In this document: positions 49,861 to 62,502 of the stretch, piece by piece | Numbering within the stretch: position 1 is the first letter of the stretch | Layout of the letters: each line of letters starts with the position of its first letter | NCBI RefSeq assembly: GCF_006345805.1 | Contig: NC_042997.1 | Location: forward strand, 155,744,001 to 155,808,000 | DNA: 64,000 bases | Reading direction: 5' to 3' | From: Octopus sinensis | Taxonomy: Eukaryota | The notes under the pieces: model-generated | The model's database searches: none | Told to the model about the DNA's origin: nothing | What the model saw: the letters and a program-made list of their open reading frames with translations, nothing else | Made by a program: the position numbers and the translations under genes

Positions 49861-51134
49861 TAATGTGAGCCAATGCCTCTAAATGGTCACTTGAACAACA
49901 AGAAATAGCAGCTAGATCACACCTACTATCTTAAAAAGGAGAGGCACATGAATTATGAGATGGCCATAACTGGAACACCAGTCTAATGGAAAGATGACAC
50001 AAACAATGGATCTGGGTACAACATCTAATTGTTTGACTACCTTCATGCCACGAGTCTCCAGGATCAGTGTGAATTGTCTTGGAACTAAAAAACTACTATG
50101 GTTTAGGCATCTTTAAAACACTTTATTTTCTCTTTTCTATAATGTCTAATCCAAACCCTGTGAGCTGCTACATTCTAGCGGTTGTAACTTGCCAACATGC
50201 ATTGCAGTTTAAAAGCAAGGTACATTACTCTGCTTTTCTTTATCAGCTCAACCGAAAGGAATTTCCTCTCACTTCAAAGCTGTGATAGGTATTTGGTTTA
50301 GTTTAGCCCTTTCAGTAGCAAGCCACCATGGACTGCTTCCGATTTTAGGATACAAAAGTATTCATTTTAAAGTGTTTGTATTTAAATTGAAACTTTATAT
50401 CATAAATTTATTCAAAAATTTTTCTAGTTATGTTGCAATTACCAGCTTACTTTGTTTTACATGTTTTTCCATACTGGTTGATCAAATATGTAATTATGTA
50501 TTGTTTTACAGCCACACGCTCTTTGTGTCACTAATTCTTGCTTGCTTTACAAATAATGCTTTTAAAAGCCCAAATCTCCTGAATGACTTGTTTGTCAGCA
50601 ATGTCAACGAACATGACCATTTTTTATCGACACTTTTTACATGAGGACTTAGGATGTAAATGTGCATATCATCATCATTGTCATATGACGTCCGTTTTCC
50701 TTGTTGGTGTAGGTTGGATGGTTTGACAGGACCTGGCAAGGCCTGGAACTGCACCAAGCTCCATTGCCTGTTGTGGCACCAGCACCAACAGGGTTACTAA
50801 GTACCTTGCAAGATAAAAACCCTTTGACTGGGATGAGTAGTATTGAGTGGGTGTGGCATTGTGTCATTTGAGAGATTAAATGTATACAGGGAAGGAAATA
50901 GGTATCTTCCTGTAAAGTAGATACATAAATACCCTAGTTGGAAAAGAAAGGAGAGCGAGTTAGCAAGTTGTGTGTATGAAAAACAAACACTGTTGACGCT
51001 TCAGTAATTTATGTAGTAGAAGTAACAGTTGAAAATGTATCAAATATTATATATATTTTGGTTTTTCTAATACACACTCTGTCATACATAAATATATATG
51101 TGTGTATATTATATATAATGCACAGGTAATGCTG

Positions 51135-52231
51135 AAAATGTGACTCCATCAACAGCCAGTGAGGCAAGCTAGAGGTAGAAAGCTTCCAATATCTAGGTGA
51201 CCAAGTTAGTAGCTGAGGTGGATGCTCCAACCTCAGCTGGCAACAAAGGGCCTATCTCTCAGTGAAAGGCAAATTGTATGATGCCTGTGTGTGAACAGCT
51301 GTGCTACATGGCAGTGAAACATGGGCATTGACAGCTGAGGACTTGCATAGGCTTGAAAGAAATGAAGCCAGTATGCTTTGCTGGATGTGCAATGTCATTG
51401 TGCATGTTTGACTGAGTGTAAGCATCTTGAGAGAAAATTTAGGCATCAGATGTGGTGTGCAAGACAGTTGACTGCACTGGTATGGTCATGTGATGCATAT
51501 GGACCAAGACAGCTGTGTAAAGAAGTGCTGGTCTCTAACTGTGGAGGTTATCCTGTGCTAGCGATAAAGCCAGGAAGACATACAAGGTGGTGAAGCACGA
51601 TCTCTGAACTTTGAGCCTTACAGAGTCAATGACTAGCAACCGATATGCTGTGCTTGAAAAGACCTGTCAAACCAAGGCACCTGCACCAGTGGTGTGTAAA
51701 GAGCACCTGTCGAGCATTGGGCCTCATGGAGGCAAAGTGGCTGAGTTCCTTTTGAGTGTTGGGCCTCATGGAGGCTAGTTCCTTTCTAGCATTGGGCCTT
51801 ATGGAGGCGAATTCCTCTCTAGCATTGGGCCTTATGGAGGCGAATTCCTCTCTAGCATTGGGCCTCACAGAGGAAAGTTCCTTTTGAGCGTTGGGCCTCA
51901 AGTGAGTTCCTTTCAAGCATTGGGCCTTATGAGGGCAAAGTGGCTGAGTTCCTTTCCAGCGTTGGGCCTCACAGGGGCAATGATCAAGACCTTTGACATT
52001 ATGTCATGCCTGAAAAGAAGACCCATCAAGCCGAGCAAAATTGCAGTCGTGGCAGATACTGGTGTCATGCAAATGGCACCTGTGCTGGTGGCATGTAAAA
52101 GCACCCATTGCACTCTTGGAATGGTTAGCGTTAGGAAGGGCATCCAGCTGTAGAAACCATGCCAAATCAGACTGGAGTCTGGTGCAGCCCTGGTCAAATT
52201 GTCCTCCATGCCAGGGTGTTAAATGATGATA
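51135..52231 (+). mobile_element. RTE-clade LINE 3' fragment plus SINE tail containing a minisatellite
   Basis: aaaggcaaattgtatgatgcctgtgtgtgaacagctgtgctacatggcagtgaaacatgg... and the family tail. Confidence 0.8.
51714..51980. repeat. Minisatellite, 8 units of 29-42 bp (mostly 33 bp)
   Basis: Units like gcattgggccttatggaggcgaattcctctcta start at 51714, 51756, 51789, 51822, 51855, 51888, 51917 and 51959. Confidence 0.9.
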
Positions 52232-52974
52232 ATATATATACATACACAAAAGTGACAAACCACTTGACTGGCATATATGAACTATTGCACTCCTTTTGTA
52301 TTAAGTACTCCAAATTGTTACTTAACAATGGGCATGTGTGTGTGCTGGTAGCACGTGTGCTGTCTGACAGGCTCGAATGGTGCATTAACTGGTCTGTGTG
52401 CCTGGAAGAATCGTAGATAAACTAATGACCAGAAGAACTAGGTAAAGTGAATGCAACTGTTCTTTATTGAAACCATTATAAAAATACTTGGCAGGTCTTA
52501 AATATTGAGAAGTAATTGGTTTGATAATTCATGGCTTGGTTCTGTGTGATAGACAGCATCAGATCTCTCTCTCTGCTCTGTAGCATGAGGGACTGTTCCT
52601 TATATAATGGTTGGTAGGCAAGAAGAGAATTTTTCCGTGTTGGGATAAAAACTGTTGCTCAAACACCGACTGGCTAGTTAAAACCATCCAATCTTTTTAA
52701 CAGATCTTAGTCCAACCCTAATTGTGTGATCAAATGTTGACAATGCTGAAATACGCCCTTTAGATATAGTTTAAAGCTAAATAGCCTAATACACAATATG
52801 CTTGCTACAAATCTGTATGACTTGGAAAGGATCTTTATCCTATCCTAGTAATATGTGTGGTCACATAAGGTTTCACTACTGTTAATTTTATGTATTTTGT
52901 CTTTAAGCAAACATACAGGTATTAGATATATTTTATTTTCGGTTGTTATTTATCCACTTTCTTTTTACTTTCAG

Positions 52975-53011
52975 ATATATGATGAAAAATAAGAATCATC
53001 TTCGATTCTAG
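52975..53011 (+). CDS. CDC73: Parafibromin, terminal coding exon 13
   Basis: (R)YMMKNKNHLRF* ending TAG at 53009-53011; strong pyrimidine acceptor; total CDS 1569 nt = 522 aa. Confidence 0.97.
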
Positions 53012-54400
53012 AACTGAAGGAAACCAGAAAATGCTGGAAATGATTCATTTGTTAAAGATAACATCTTATTCACTAAACTGGAATTTGCTGAACTCTTTCA
53101 TAATCTCATTCAACATTTTCAAACTTAAAAAAAGTATTCACCAGTCATTTTTGGGATAGAACATGGCATGAAGGAGATTTTTTATTTTATTTTTAAATCT
53201 TTTTTCATCCTAATTTCCAATTTGCCTCTTGCATTGAAAGAAAAATTATATCTGGCATAATCTCCATCTTCTCTCTTGCATTGAAAGAATTTCATTGGAC
53301 TCACAAGAACTAAATTATATGTAGTTACCATTTTATGAATTTCCATTGTAGGCAACCATCAAATTAAGGAAAAAAAAAAGTTTTCTAATTTGGTAGACTT
53401 CTCCAACGATCTCACACGTAATTCAGGAAAATATTTGAAAGCCTGTAAAAACACTACCTGAATTAATTCAAAGTCTAGCATTCCAGATTAATTTTGAAAG
53501 TGTTGTACTGAACAGTGGTTATTTTGAGAGTTTGTATTCTGAATTTAATAAGTGGAATTAAAACTTATACAGTTTCAACCATGCTTTGTCTTCTCCTGCC
53601 AAGAAAAAAAAAAAAGCAAGCTAATCATCTACCACTTAAATGTTTTAAATTTTGTGAGGCTCCAAATATTTTAGTTTAAAAAAAAAAATTTCCATAAGAA
53701 TAACATTTTTCTTCATAAAGAATCTCTTGGAATAATCCTTCCTTAATTTTCAGTTGAATTATTCAGGAATTATATTTAGAAAGGGAAAAAGGAAGGAGGA
53801 AATCTACTTTGAAATCCCAAACCTTGTGCCTTGGTCCCTTAGTCTGGATCTTTATTTGCAGTCTATCTGCTCTCATATTTCAAATTCCTGAAGTCTTTAA
53901 GACCTCAGACATGTGATTCTCTCTCCCCCCACCTTTCCATTTTATTACTATCACTCATATTGAGTGCTTCTTATTGGGAAATGTGGTTCTAACCCCTCCT
54001 CAAACCATTTATATTTTTACATCTTATTAGTGTTGCTACTACAATGGACAAATTCATTTTAAATAAATTTCAACATGAGAAGACTTAGTGTAGCTGATCA
54101 TCTCCTTATTTTCAGTCATACCAACTTCAAGGAATACAAGAAATTTTTCTATTAATGCCTGTTTATATTTGGCTGCTCTTTTTTTTTTTTTAAACTTTTG
54201 TTTTATGATGACTCTAAAAACATGTATATATACTGTTCCTTGAAATGTTTGGTTAAGAGTGAAAGATTCCTTTAAAGCAAAAAGGAAGTATAGTCATTTG
54301 CAACAATCCCTTATTTTCCATGTAATCAGATTAAAAAAAAAAATGAAACAAATAAATTTATAATCCTTCTATATGGTTTGTTTTTTTATTTTAAACTCCG
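53012..54400 (+). other. CDC73: Probable CDC73 3' UTR (extent uncertain)
   Basis: A/T-run-rich, TE-poor sequence after the stop codon. AATAAA candidates at ~54062 and ~54351. Confidence 0.5.
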
Positions 54401-55329
54401 CAGTTTTGTTAATATAACTGATTCTCTTTTTTATAAAATGTCCAGAGTTTTCAAAAGGAAGATTCTATGTAAGTTTATTTTCTGATTTCTAAATCAGTAT
54501 CACATTATATTTCTCTGGTTAAACAACCTGAAGTTCAACTGATAAAAGGTTTGTTGAATATTCAACAATAATCAATTATTTATGAAGTAACCATGTAACT
54601 CTGTGCAACCACAATCTAGATGAGAACCATACAATCCTGACATACAATGACAAATCCTTTGGAAGTAGGCGGTAGTATTTATAATTTTGAAATAAGTATT
54701 TTCTTGTATAATTAAGACAATATCACCATTTTACTTCAGAGCATTGAGCAACGGACATTAGTCTGTTGCTCAATGCTCTGAAGTTAAATAACGAGTATAA
54801 AAAATAAAGTATCAATGTCAGTTAGGAAGCTAGCTAATGTAGCATTTTTTTCTCCCAAGGCAGAAAGCTGTGATTTGAGAGAGAATCAGTTGCTATTTCT
54901 CGTCAGTCAAATAACTTATAAGAAGCTCCTTCCTTAGCTCTAAGTATTTAAGCAAAAGGCAATTTTTGTAGGGTAGGCTTGTACAGCTACTTTATATTAT
55001 AGTTTTGATATACAACAATCCCTTGCCATATCGAGGTTTATTATCTAAACTTACATCAATTCCCCTGTGGTGTTGTTCTGCATTTATGATATAAAATATA
55101 TACAAATTATAAAAAAATATACAGTACTGTTTCTACTTTGTGAATTTTCAACTATCACGGTGTTTTGGAATGTAACATCCACAATAGTTGAGGGATTACT
55201 TTAATAGCTAATTTATATTTACGGTTATTTTATTGATACTGAAGGGTGAAAAGGATTTGAATTGTAAACCTAAATTGATGAAGTTAAATATTGTGTTCAT
55301 TAAATTCACTGATGCATTAAAGATAACAT

Positions 55330-56517
55330 TACTCAGATCACTGACAGTGGCTCATGGGTGGATGTTGTCTACCTTGCCTTTGCTAAGGCTTTCAACTCTG
55401 TGCCACACAAAAGGCTTATGGTGAAACTCTCTGCAATGGGTGTGAGGGATGACCTTTTTAACTGGTTGAAATCCTTCATTCTCAGCCGAAAGGAGGTAGT
55501 CACAGTTCTAGGACAGCATTCTACACCATATGAGATGTCATCGGGTGTACCACAGGGATCTGTCCTTGGTCCCCTCTTGTTTGTGGCATACATTAATGAC
55601 ATAGATGCCAATTTAAAGAATGCCACAGTATTGAAATATGCAGACGACATCAAGCTGTACCTTGAAATCAAGAGGACAGATCCTGATGTCTACAACTCTT
55701 TCCTGCAATCAGACCTAGACACAATGCAGCAATGGATCACAGACTGGCAACTGAAACTGGCTGTGGACAAGTGTACCACCATGCATTTTGGGAGAAAAAA
55801 CCCTGCGTCCACATACTCCCTCCACAACACTGATATCAAGAAATCCTCTTGCGAGCGTGACCTAGGCATCACTGTCAGCAGTGATTTGCGTTGGACAAAG
55901 CATATCTCTAAAATTGTCAAGAAGGCCGAGGGTGTCTTGGCATCACTCAGCAAGACTTTTGTTAGCCGCTCTCCAGCCATCTATTTAAAACTGTATACAG
56001 CTATGGTACGACCACACTTGGAATTCGCATCATCAGTTTGGAACCCCTATCTTGCTCAGAACATTGACCTCCTGGAATCTGTCCAGAGACGTGCAACCAA
56101 ACGCATACCCTCCATCAGACACCTACCATATTCTGAGCGCCTTGTTTCCCTGGGCATGGATTCACTGAAACTCCAGCGTCTGGCGACGGACTTAGTAAAC
56201 ACCCACAAAGTTATCAACCACCTCACCAACAACAACACTGAACACCTTTTTGATCTCCATGTGTCTAACACACGTGGACATGCCTACAAAGTCAGAAAAC
56301 AACACAGCTCCCATGACTTTCGGAAACATTTTTTCACACTCAGAGTTGCTGAAGCATGGAATAAACTGCCTGCGTCAGTTGTTGACTGCCATGACACAGC
56401 ATCCTTTAAGGCCCTCATGCTTTCTGAAATCCGCCGAAACTACACCTGATTATATATATACACTTTAGATGAGTTGTAGTGCACCTGAGCACTGTACACA
56501 ATTATTATTATTATTAT
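55330..56517 (+). mobile_element. CR1/L2-group LINE, 5'-truncated, RT plus C-terminal region, with (TTA)n tail
   Basis: 363-codon open frame: VVYLAFAKAFNSVPH...SGVPQGSVLGPLLF...YADDIKLY...TRGHAYK...FFTLRVAEAWNKLP. 3' stem-loop AGTGC-ACCTGA-GCACT. Confidence 0.9.
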
Positions 56518-58911
56518 CATCTTAAATTACCAAGTCTATTTAGTTCTATACTGTAGAAATTATCTTCTGAAACAAAAGCTATATGACTTCTGTAAAATGT
56601 ACAGCAATGTAGTTCCTAGTGTAATCTAAACTTGGAGAAATACTGCAATGATTTCAGTTCAGACAACTGATAGTTGATTATATATTTAAGCTAAGTTTAC
56701 TGATTAGAATGTGTAATAAAGCAAAAGTGTGTGTGTGTATGTATGTATATATATGTATATATATATATGCACAGTTTATCACCAGTGTTTGAAAAAAAAA
56801 TGTAAAAATAACAAAACAAATGGTTTCATATAAAACAGCTTTATCTCAAAAGAAAATGATGAATTATGGCACATGTAATAACTAGTGACCAATAAATTAC
56901 CTTTTGTTAAACATAAATTAAGTGTTTTAATGTGATACCACAAGATGGATTAGTGTGATAAATACTGCGATGTAGAGATGTGTAACCATACCAGCAGGGA
57001 GAGAGTGAGTGAGTTTAACTGGCAAGTAGGTGACCTGTTTGAAGCTGAGGACGACATACCCATATTGATGGAGGTCTTGTTTCATTGAGACTTCAATGTA
57101 AACAGACCAATGGAAATGTATAGGTTTTGTTTTTTTTTTAAAAAAGGGTGATGGGTGAGGAATTATGGATCAAGAAACTTACACTAGTAATATCCAGGAC
57201 TGTTTCAGGCAGGAAATGATAAATAATGGCAGACTGTCACAACACACACACACTTTTATTTTCACACACACACCTTTTGCATCAAATAGACAAACAGAAA
57301 TATTTGTATTGTGTATGTTTTAATACAATATACCAACTTTGTAAAGTTGATGGGGTTATGGTGGTAGTCAGTGGCACACATGGAAAAGAAGAGAAAACAG
57401 TGTCTCAATAACTTAGTTGTAGAATTTTCTTTTTAAATAAGACAATATGTATATATATTTCCAGAATAAATGACTGGTTTTTTTTTGGAAAAAAAAAAAT
57501 CGAAATGAATTTATGACAAAAAACAAAACAAAATGAAATGTAAAATAAATAAATGCTATCCAAATGGAAAGTATTTGGTTCTTTTAATTATGAAGAATAA
57601 AAGATGTTTTGTTTTAAAAAAAGAAAAGGTATGGGAGAAATCAAGAGTATTGTACGAATGAGAGACTGTTCTCCTCCATCAATAAGTGTAGCCTCAAATG
57701 GAATTGCACTGATCCAAGCTGTCTGTATTAATGACAACTGTAGGTTTGGTTTACTTTGAAAAGGATAGCTTAAAGCTGAAGTGATGATACTTAAAGTGTT
57801 TGAAGATTTTAGCTAAAGTTCAGTTTGTAGACTTTGTGACAAAAAAAAAAAAAATTTAATTATACATCTACTTGTACTCATATTAATAAAGCAGAACCTC
57901 TTTTTATTTGAATAAATGTAAATGAAAGAATTTTGAATTCAATTTTTAAGAAATCCATGAGAGAAAAAAAAGGACTAAAAGAAAAGACTGTTTGAAAAAT
58001 CATTTCTAAAGGAATTCTTTAAGTGAACCACAGCTGCCAAAAGCCACTGACTGTTGGTTAGATATGTATGTGTGTGTGTGATGTTTAATCATTTTTTTTT
58101 ATGAGTTATACTGAGTATTGGTGGAGACATTAAACTTCTATAGGTACAGTATTTTTAAGGGAGGAGAAAATGGCATTAATGCCTTTCTAATGGTATCATT
58201 AATGCTAAGTCCAGGATTTGAAATCAAGCTGTTTGCTTAATTTTTGAAAGTTTCCTTGAAATATAAATTACAAACAAAAATGTTTTTTAAGAAATACATA
58301 ACAAAAGATACTATAAAAACTGACTAAAAAAATTTAATGAAAAATGGAAAAAAAAAAGATGACTAGTATGGGCTCCCAGCATACGATGACACCAACACCA
58401 GCATCTGAATCAGATGAAGACTAGCATAAAGCAGGCCTTGGCAAGAATTTGGATTGAAGTTCTGCTACAATTGTGCCAAAATTTTATAGTATGAATGGCC
58501 AGTCTTTCACATATCTACAGATCTATAATGCAGGATTTTGACCCAACTCATATATATTTATATATATATATATTATATATATATATAATGTACATACATA
58601 AACACTATATGCAACTTTTATTGGTCAGTTTCCATCAATAGGGTATCAATATTCAATCAAGTTGATAATAACTGAGGATTAGCTTAATTAGGTTAAAATA
58701 AAAACAAAAACTAATCAAAACACTTAAAACAGTTTTTGTGTAAAATATATATGGTTGGCTAATTATGTTTTTATTCATATCAATAGACTAATAAAAAACA
58801 AAATCTAAAAGGCAACAGCAATGTACAGAGATAGTTAATTAGAGCATTTAGTAAAGCCAGTTTTAAAAAAAATATAATATATATAACACTTTCAAAGTGT
58901 TATTTGCTTAA

Positions 58912-59137
58912 CCCCTTTAAATCTAACCTTCCCGTATTAAAGTGTTAATATTTAGGTTAGAATCTATCAAAATCTCATTGCATTATGAATGATATTGTGA
59001 GATTTCAGTCAACAACGCAGTATATACAAATATGTAGTAACAGATAGTTTAGTAAACATCTTCCGAAGTTTTGACTACATTGAAAATTAACTGAAACACG
59101 TAAGCTATCTATTCAAAAATATAGTCACAAAAAGGGG
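58912..59137. mobile_element. piggyBac-like MITE
   Basis: TTAA-CCCCTTT ... AAAGGGG-TTAA (short TIRs, TTAA on both sides). Confidence 0.55.
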
Positions 59138-61833
59138 TTAAGAGACAGAAACCACTGTTGTTGATGCAAGATGTGACACATGATAAACAGATTGAAAATC
59201 TATTGCCAATATCTTTTATATTTTATTTACTATTTTTAGAGCTATGATTATAGATTTATTTCGTTCTGTCTGTTTTTTAATACAGATACTTATTAATATG
59301 AAAAGAAATATTAATGAAATAAGAATAGAAAGAAAAGCTGTAAATATTTATTTTGATGATAAATCCACTACAGAAAGTTGGTTAGTGAACACACCTAAGG
59401 TTAAGAAAACAATCTTGCTATGGTCAACCCAAGTTTAGATATTAGTAGATTCCAATATTCTCTTGAGGCACGAAACCAATCATGAAATAAAATGATTATC
59501 ATGAAATTCAGATGTGTGTTATGTAATGCGGTTGGGTTAAGTAATTAAAATAATTGAGTTAGTAGTAGTCATTGGAACTACTAGATTAGGCTTCGTGGTA
59601 GCAGTAGTGGTGAGTATGATAGTAATAATAATGTTGCAGTTGAGGGTAGCAGCAGCAGCAGTAGCTAAGTTGTGGGAAAAGCTTATTGCCTGAAAGTTAA
59701 CTGATCAATACTTAATGCTGTTTATTAATTAATATAAGTGTGAGTGAGAAATATTTAATTTAGGAAGGATGGATTTCGTACAATAAGTTGAAAGCAAACC
59801 GCAAGATTCTTTCATAATCAAAGTTTCTTGAAGATAGCAACTATAAGGGCAGAAAGGTGGTGGTGGTCAGATGTAAGTCATGCAAACAGTCGGTGGCAAG
59901 AGATTCATCAGTATTAATAACGACTTTGACAATTATGTACATTCACTAAATTTAGATAATTAACAGAAGTTAAAAAAAAAAAAAAGGTTATTAGATTAAA
60001 GTTTTAATATATTTATGTATATATATGAATATAATATGTTAATAACCTAAATCAATCATAAAAAAGAGGTTGGGTGAATTAATATGAGACAAGCTGAGGG
60101 TAAAAAGAAAAAAAATTAAACAAAATTATTAGTTTAAGTTATGAAAGGCAAATAACTACAAAAGAATTGTTATTTTTTAACAATTCTAAAGTAGCTATTA
60201 GTTTTTTAGTCTTTGGTATTAAAAGCCAGTGCAAACTGTACTGTAAGGTCAGAACATGTACTAGGAATGTTGTAATAAATGTTAATAAAGCTGAAATTAG
60301 AAAATTTTGCTGGGCTGGATTGGAGGAAGAGTTATGAACCTGAAGAGGCGGGAAATGCGAGAATATGAAAACTTTTTCAGGAAAAGTTCTCAGGTCTGTT
60401 TATTTGACTTTTGACAAGAGCCATGACATTGAGTGGGCAGGAGAAAATATAATAAAAAGTCATTCAACTGCTTTTCCATTTTTATTTTTTTCCCAAATTA
60501 TTTTTTTGTTTTTGTTTTTAAAAGAATTTTGAAATTGAATTATTTCAAAGAAAGGATATCTATATATTTTTGAAAAATCTTCTATTTGACATTGGAAAGA
60601 CAAAGAAAAATAAACAAATAAAATAAAAAGGGAGAGAGAGGAAGACATAAATTGGTTATCAAAGATAATTGTTTGAAAAAACACCAAAAAAAAACCCCGA
60701 ATAGTGAGGGAGAAAAAATCCTAAAAGGGAAAGTCAGAAAAGAAAAAAAAAAAAAATTGGCAGGATTAACAGTCTGACAGACTTGTGTGTGATTAGGCCT
60801 CAAATAGATCTCTCCAGAAGAAGTAATACTAAAAACTAGAGTAAAAAAGATATTGAAGAAAATATTTTTCCCTGAGTGGATTATTCAGTGAATTACTATT
60901 TGACTTATAATTTAATAATAATGGCAACCAAATGGAAGATAATTACTTTAATAACAAAACATATCGTACCAAGTACTTTAAGAAAAATGTAAACTTGATT
61001 GGAGGACAGAAACTGCTTGGCCGTGGAGCCTGCATTTTCCAAAGAAAATTAGAACTGAAATAAGAATTAAATATTTGTCTCTTTCTCGCCAATACACACA
61101 CTTTCTCACTTTATGTCTCACTCTCTCTCTCTCTCTTTCTTCCCCAAGTATGTTCACTCTCTGGTTTCTTCTCTCTCTCTTTCTTCCCCAAGTATGTTCA
61201 CTCTCTGGTTTCTTCTCTCTCTCTCTCTCTGTCTCTCTCACACACATTGTAGGAATAAAGTAGTTGTAAGATGTTCTTTCATACATATCACTAAGACAAA
61301 CAAACAAAAAAAAGGAGGGGGAACAAAAGATTAAAAAAAAAATAGACAGTAGTCAAATAGAAGAGCTAGAAAAATATATAGATGTCTGGAATGTTTCTTT
61401 TGTTTTGGGTGCATGAAGAGGAAAATAATAATACCTGAATTTTGGGGAACATCTTCCTCATTTTTACACCCAAAATTGTATGAGGTTGTGAAGCTCCTGT
61501 AGGAGCTGGCCCAAGGAAGTGATTGAGATAACATCAAAAGATCAGCCTTGGAATTTATATGAAAAGTGAGGAAGTTCTTTGGAGGGAGGACAGAACAATT
61601 AAAAGAACATAAAAAAAAAACACCCTACCCCATTTTCTAAAGAATTGAAAATTTTAAACAGTTATTTAGATTGGATTTTTATGTAAGTGAATCATCTTTC
61701 TAAGTTTATGTATGTTTTTAGTTGTAATCATAGTAAATGTATTAGTATATTCATTAATCCAGTCTTCACTTTTATCTGTTGATACCAGGATTGAAAGTTT
61801 GATAGTTTCTATTGTTTAGTTTCAAATAATTTT

Positions 61834-61835
<2 letters not shown>

Positions 61836-61916
<81 letters not shown>

Positions 61917-61972
61917 TGCATATATATGTAGATATATGCATATCATCATCATCATCAAACGATGATGATATC

Positions 61973-62008
<36 letters not shown>
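61836..62008. repeat. (TA)n microsatellite complex
   Basis: Direct reading. Explains the poly-YI ORFs. Confidence 0.95.
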
Positions 62009-62009
<1 letters not shown>

Positions 62010-62013
<4 letters not shown>

Positions 62014-62502
62014 ATACAAATGAACATCAATGGAATTTGTATCTTTGTGGTACCAGTGCTGGTGGCACGTGGCACACAATAAAACCATCCGAACGTGGCC
62101 GTAGCCAGTACCGCATCGACTGGCCTCCGTGCTGTGGGCACGTAACAAGCACCATCTGATCGTGGCCGTTTGCCAGCCTCATCTGGCACCTGTGTCGGTG
62201 GCACATAAAAACACCATCCGAGCGTGGCCGTCTGCCAGCCTCGTCTGGCACCTGTGTCGGTGGCACATAAAAAACACCATCCGAGCGTGGCCGTTTGCCA
62301 GCCTCGTCTGGCACCTGTGTCGGTGGCACATAAAATCACCCACTACACTCTCGGAGTGGTTGGCGTTAGGAAGGGCATCCAGCTGTAGAAACACTGCCAG
62401 ATCTGACTGGACTGGTGCAGCTTTCGGGCTCCCCAGACCCCAGTTGAACCGTCCAACCCATGCTAGCATGGAAAGCGGACGTTAAATGATGATGATGATG
62501 AT
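62010..62502 (+). mobile_element. Young RTE-tail SINE with four ~62-bp tandem subunits
   Basis: Units start at 62085, 62152, 62214 and 62277, followed by the family tail and (GAT)n. Confidence 0.9.

Noticed and set aside
51714-51980. CRISPR-like look of the ~33-bp repeats
   Set aside because: The units are directly tandem with no unique spacers, there are no cas genes, and the context is a eukaryotic intron inside a retroelement tail.
53226-53289. 17-bp direct repeat CTCTTGCATTGAAAGAA in the 3' UTR
   Set aside because: A small local duplication with no further evidence of function.
60138-60395. 85-codon stop-free minus frame containing YSLHWLLIPK, reminiscent of the BLCAP N-terminus
   Set aside because: No ATG, a weak acceptor, and the similarity does not extend beyond a few residues.
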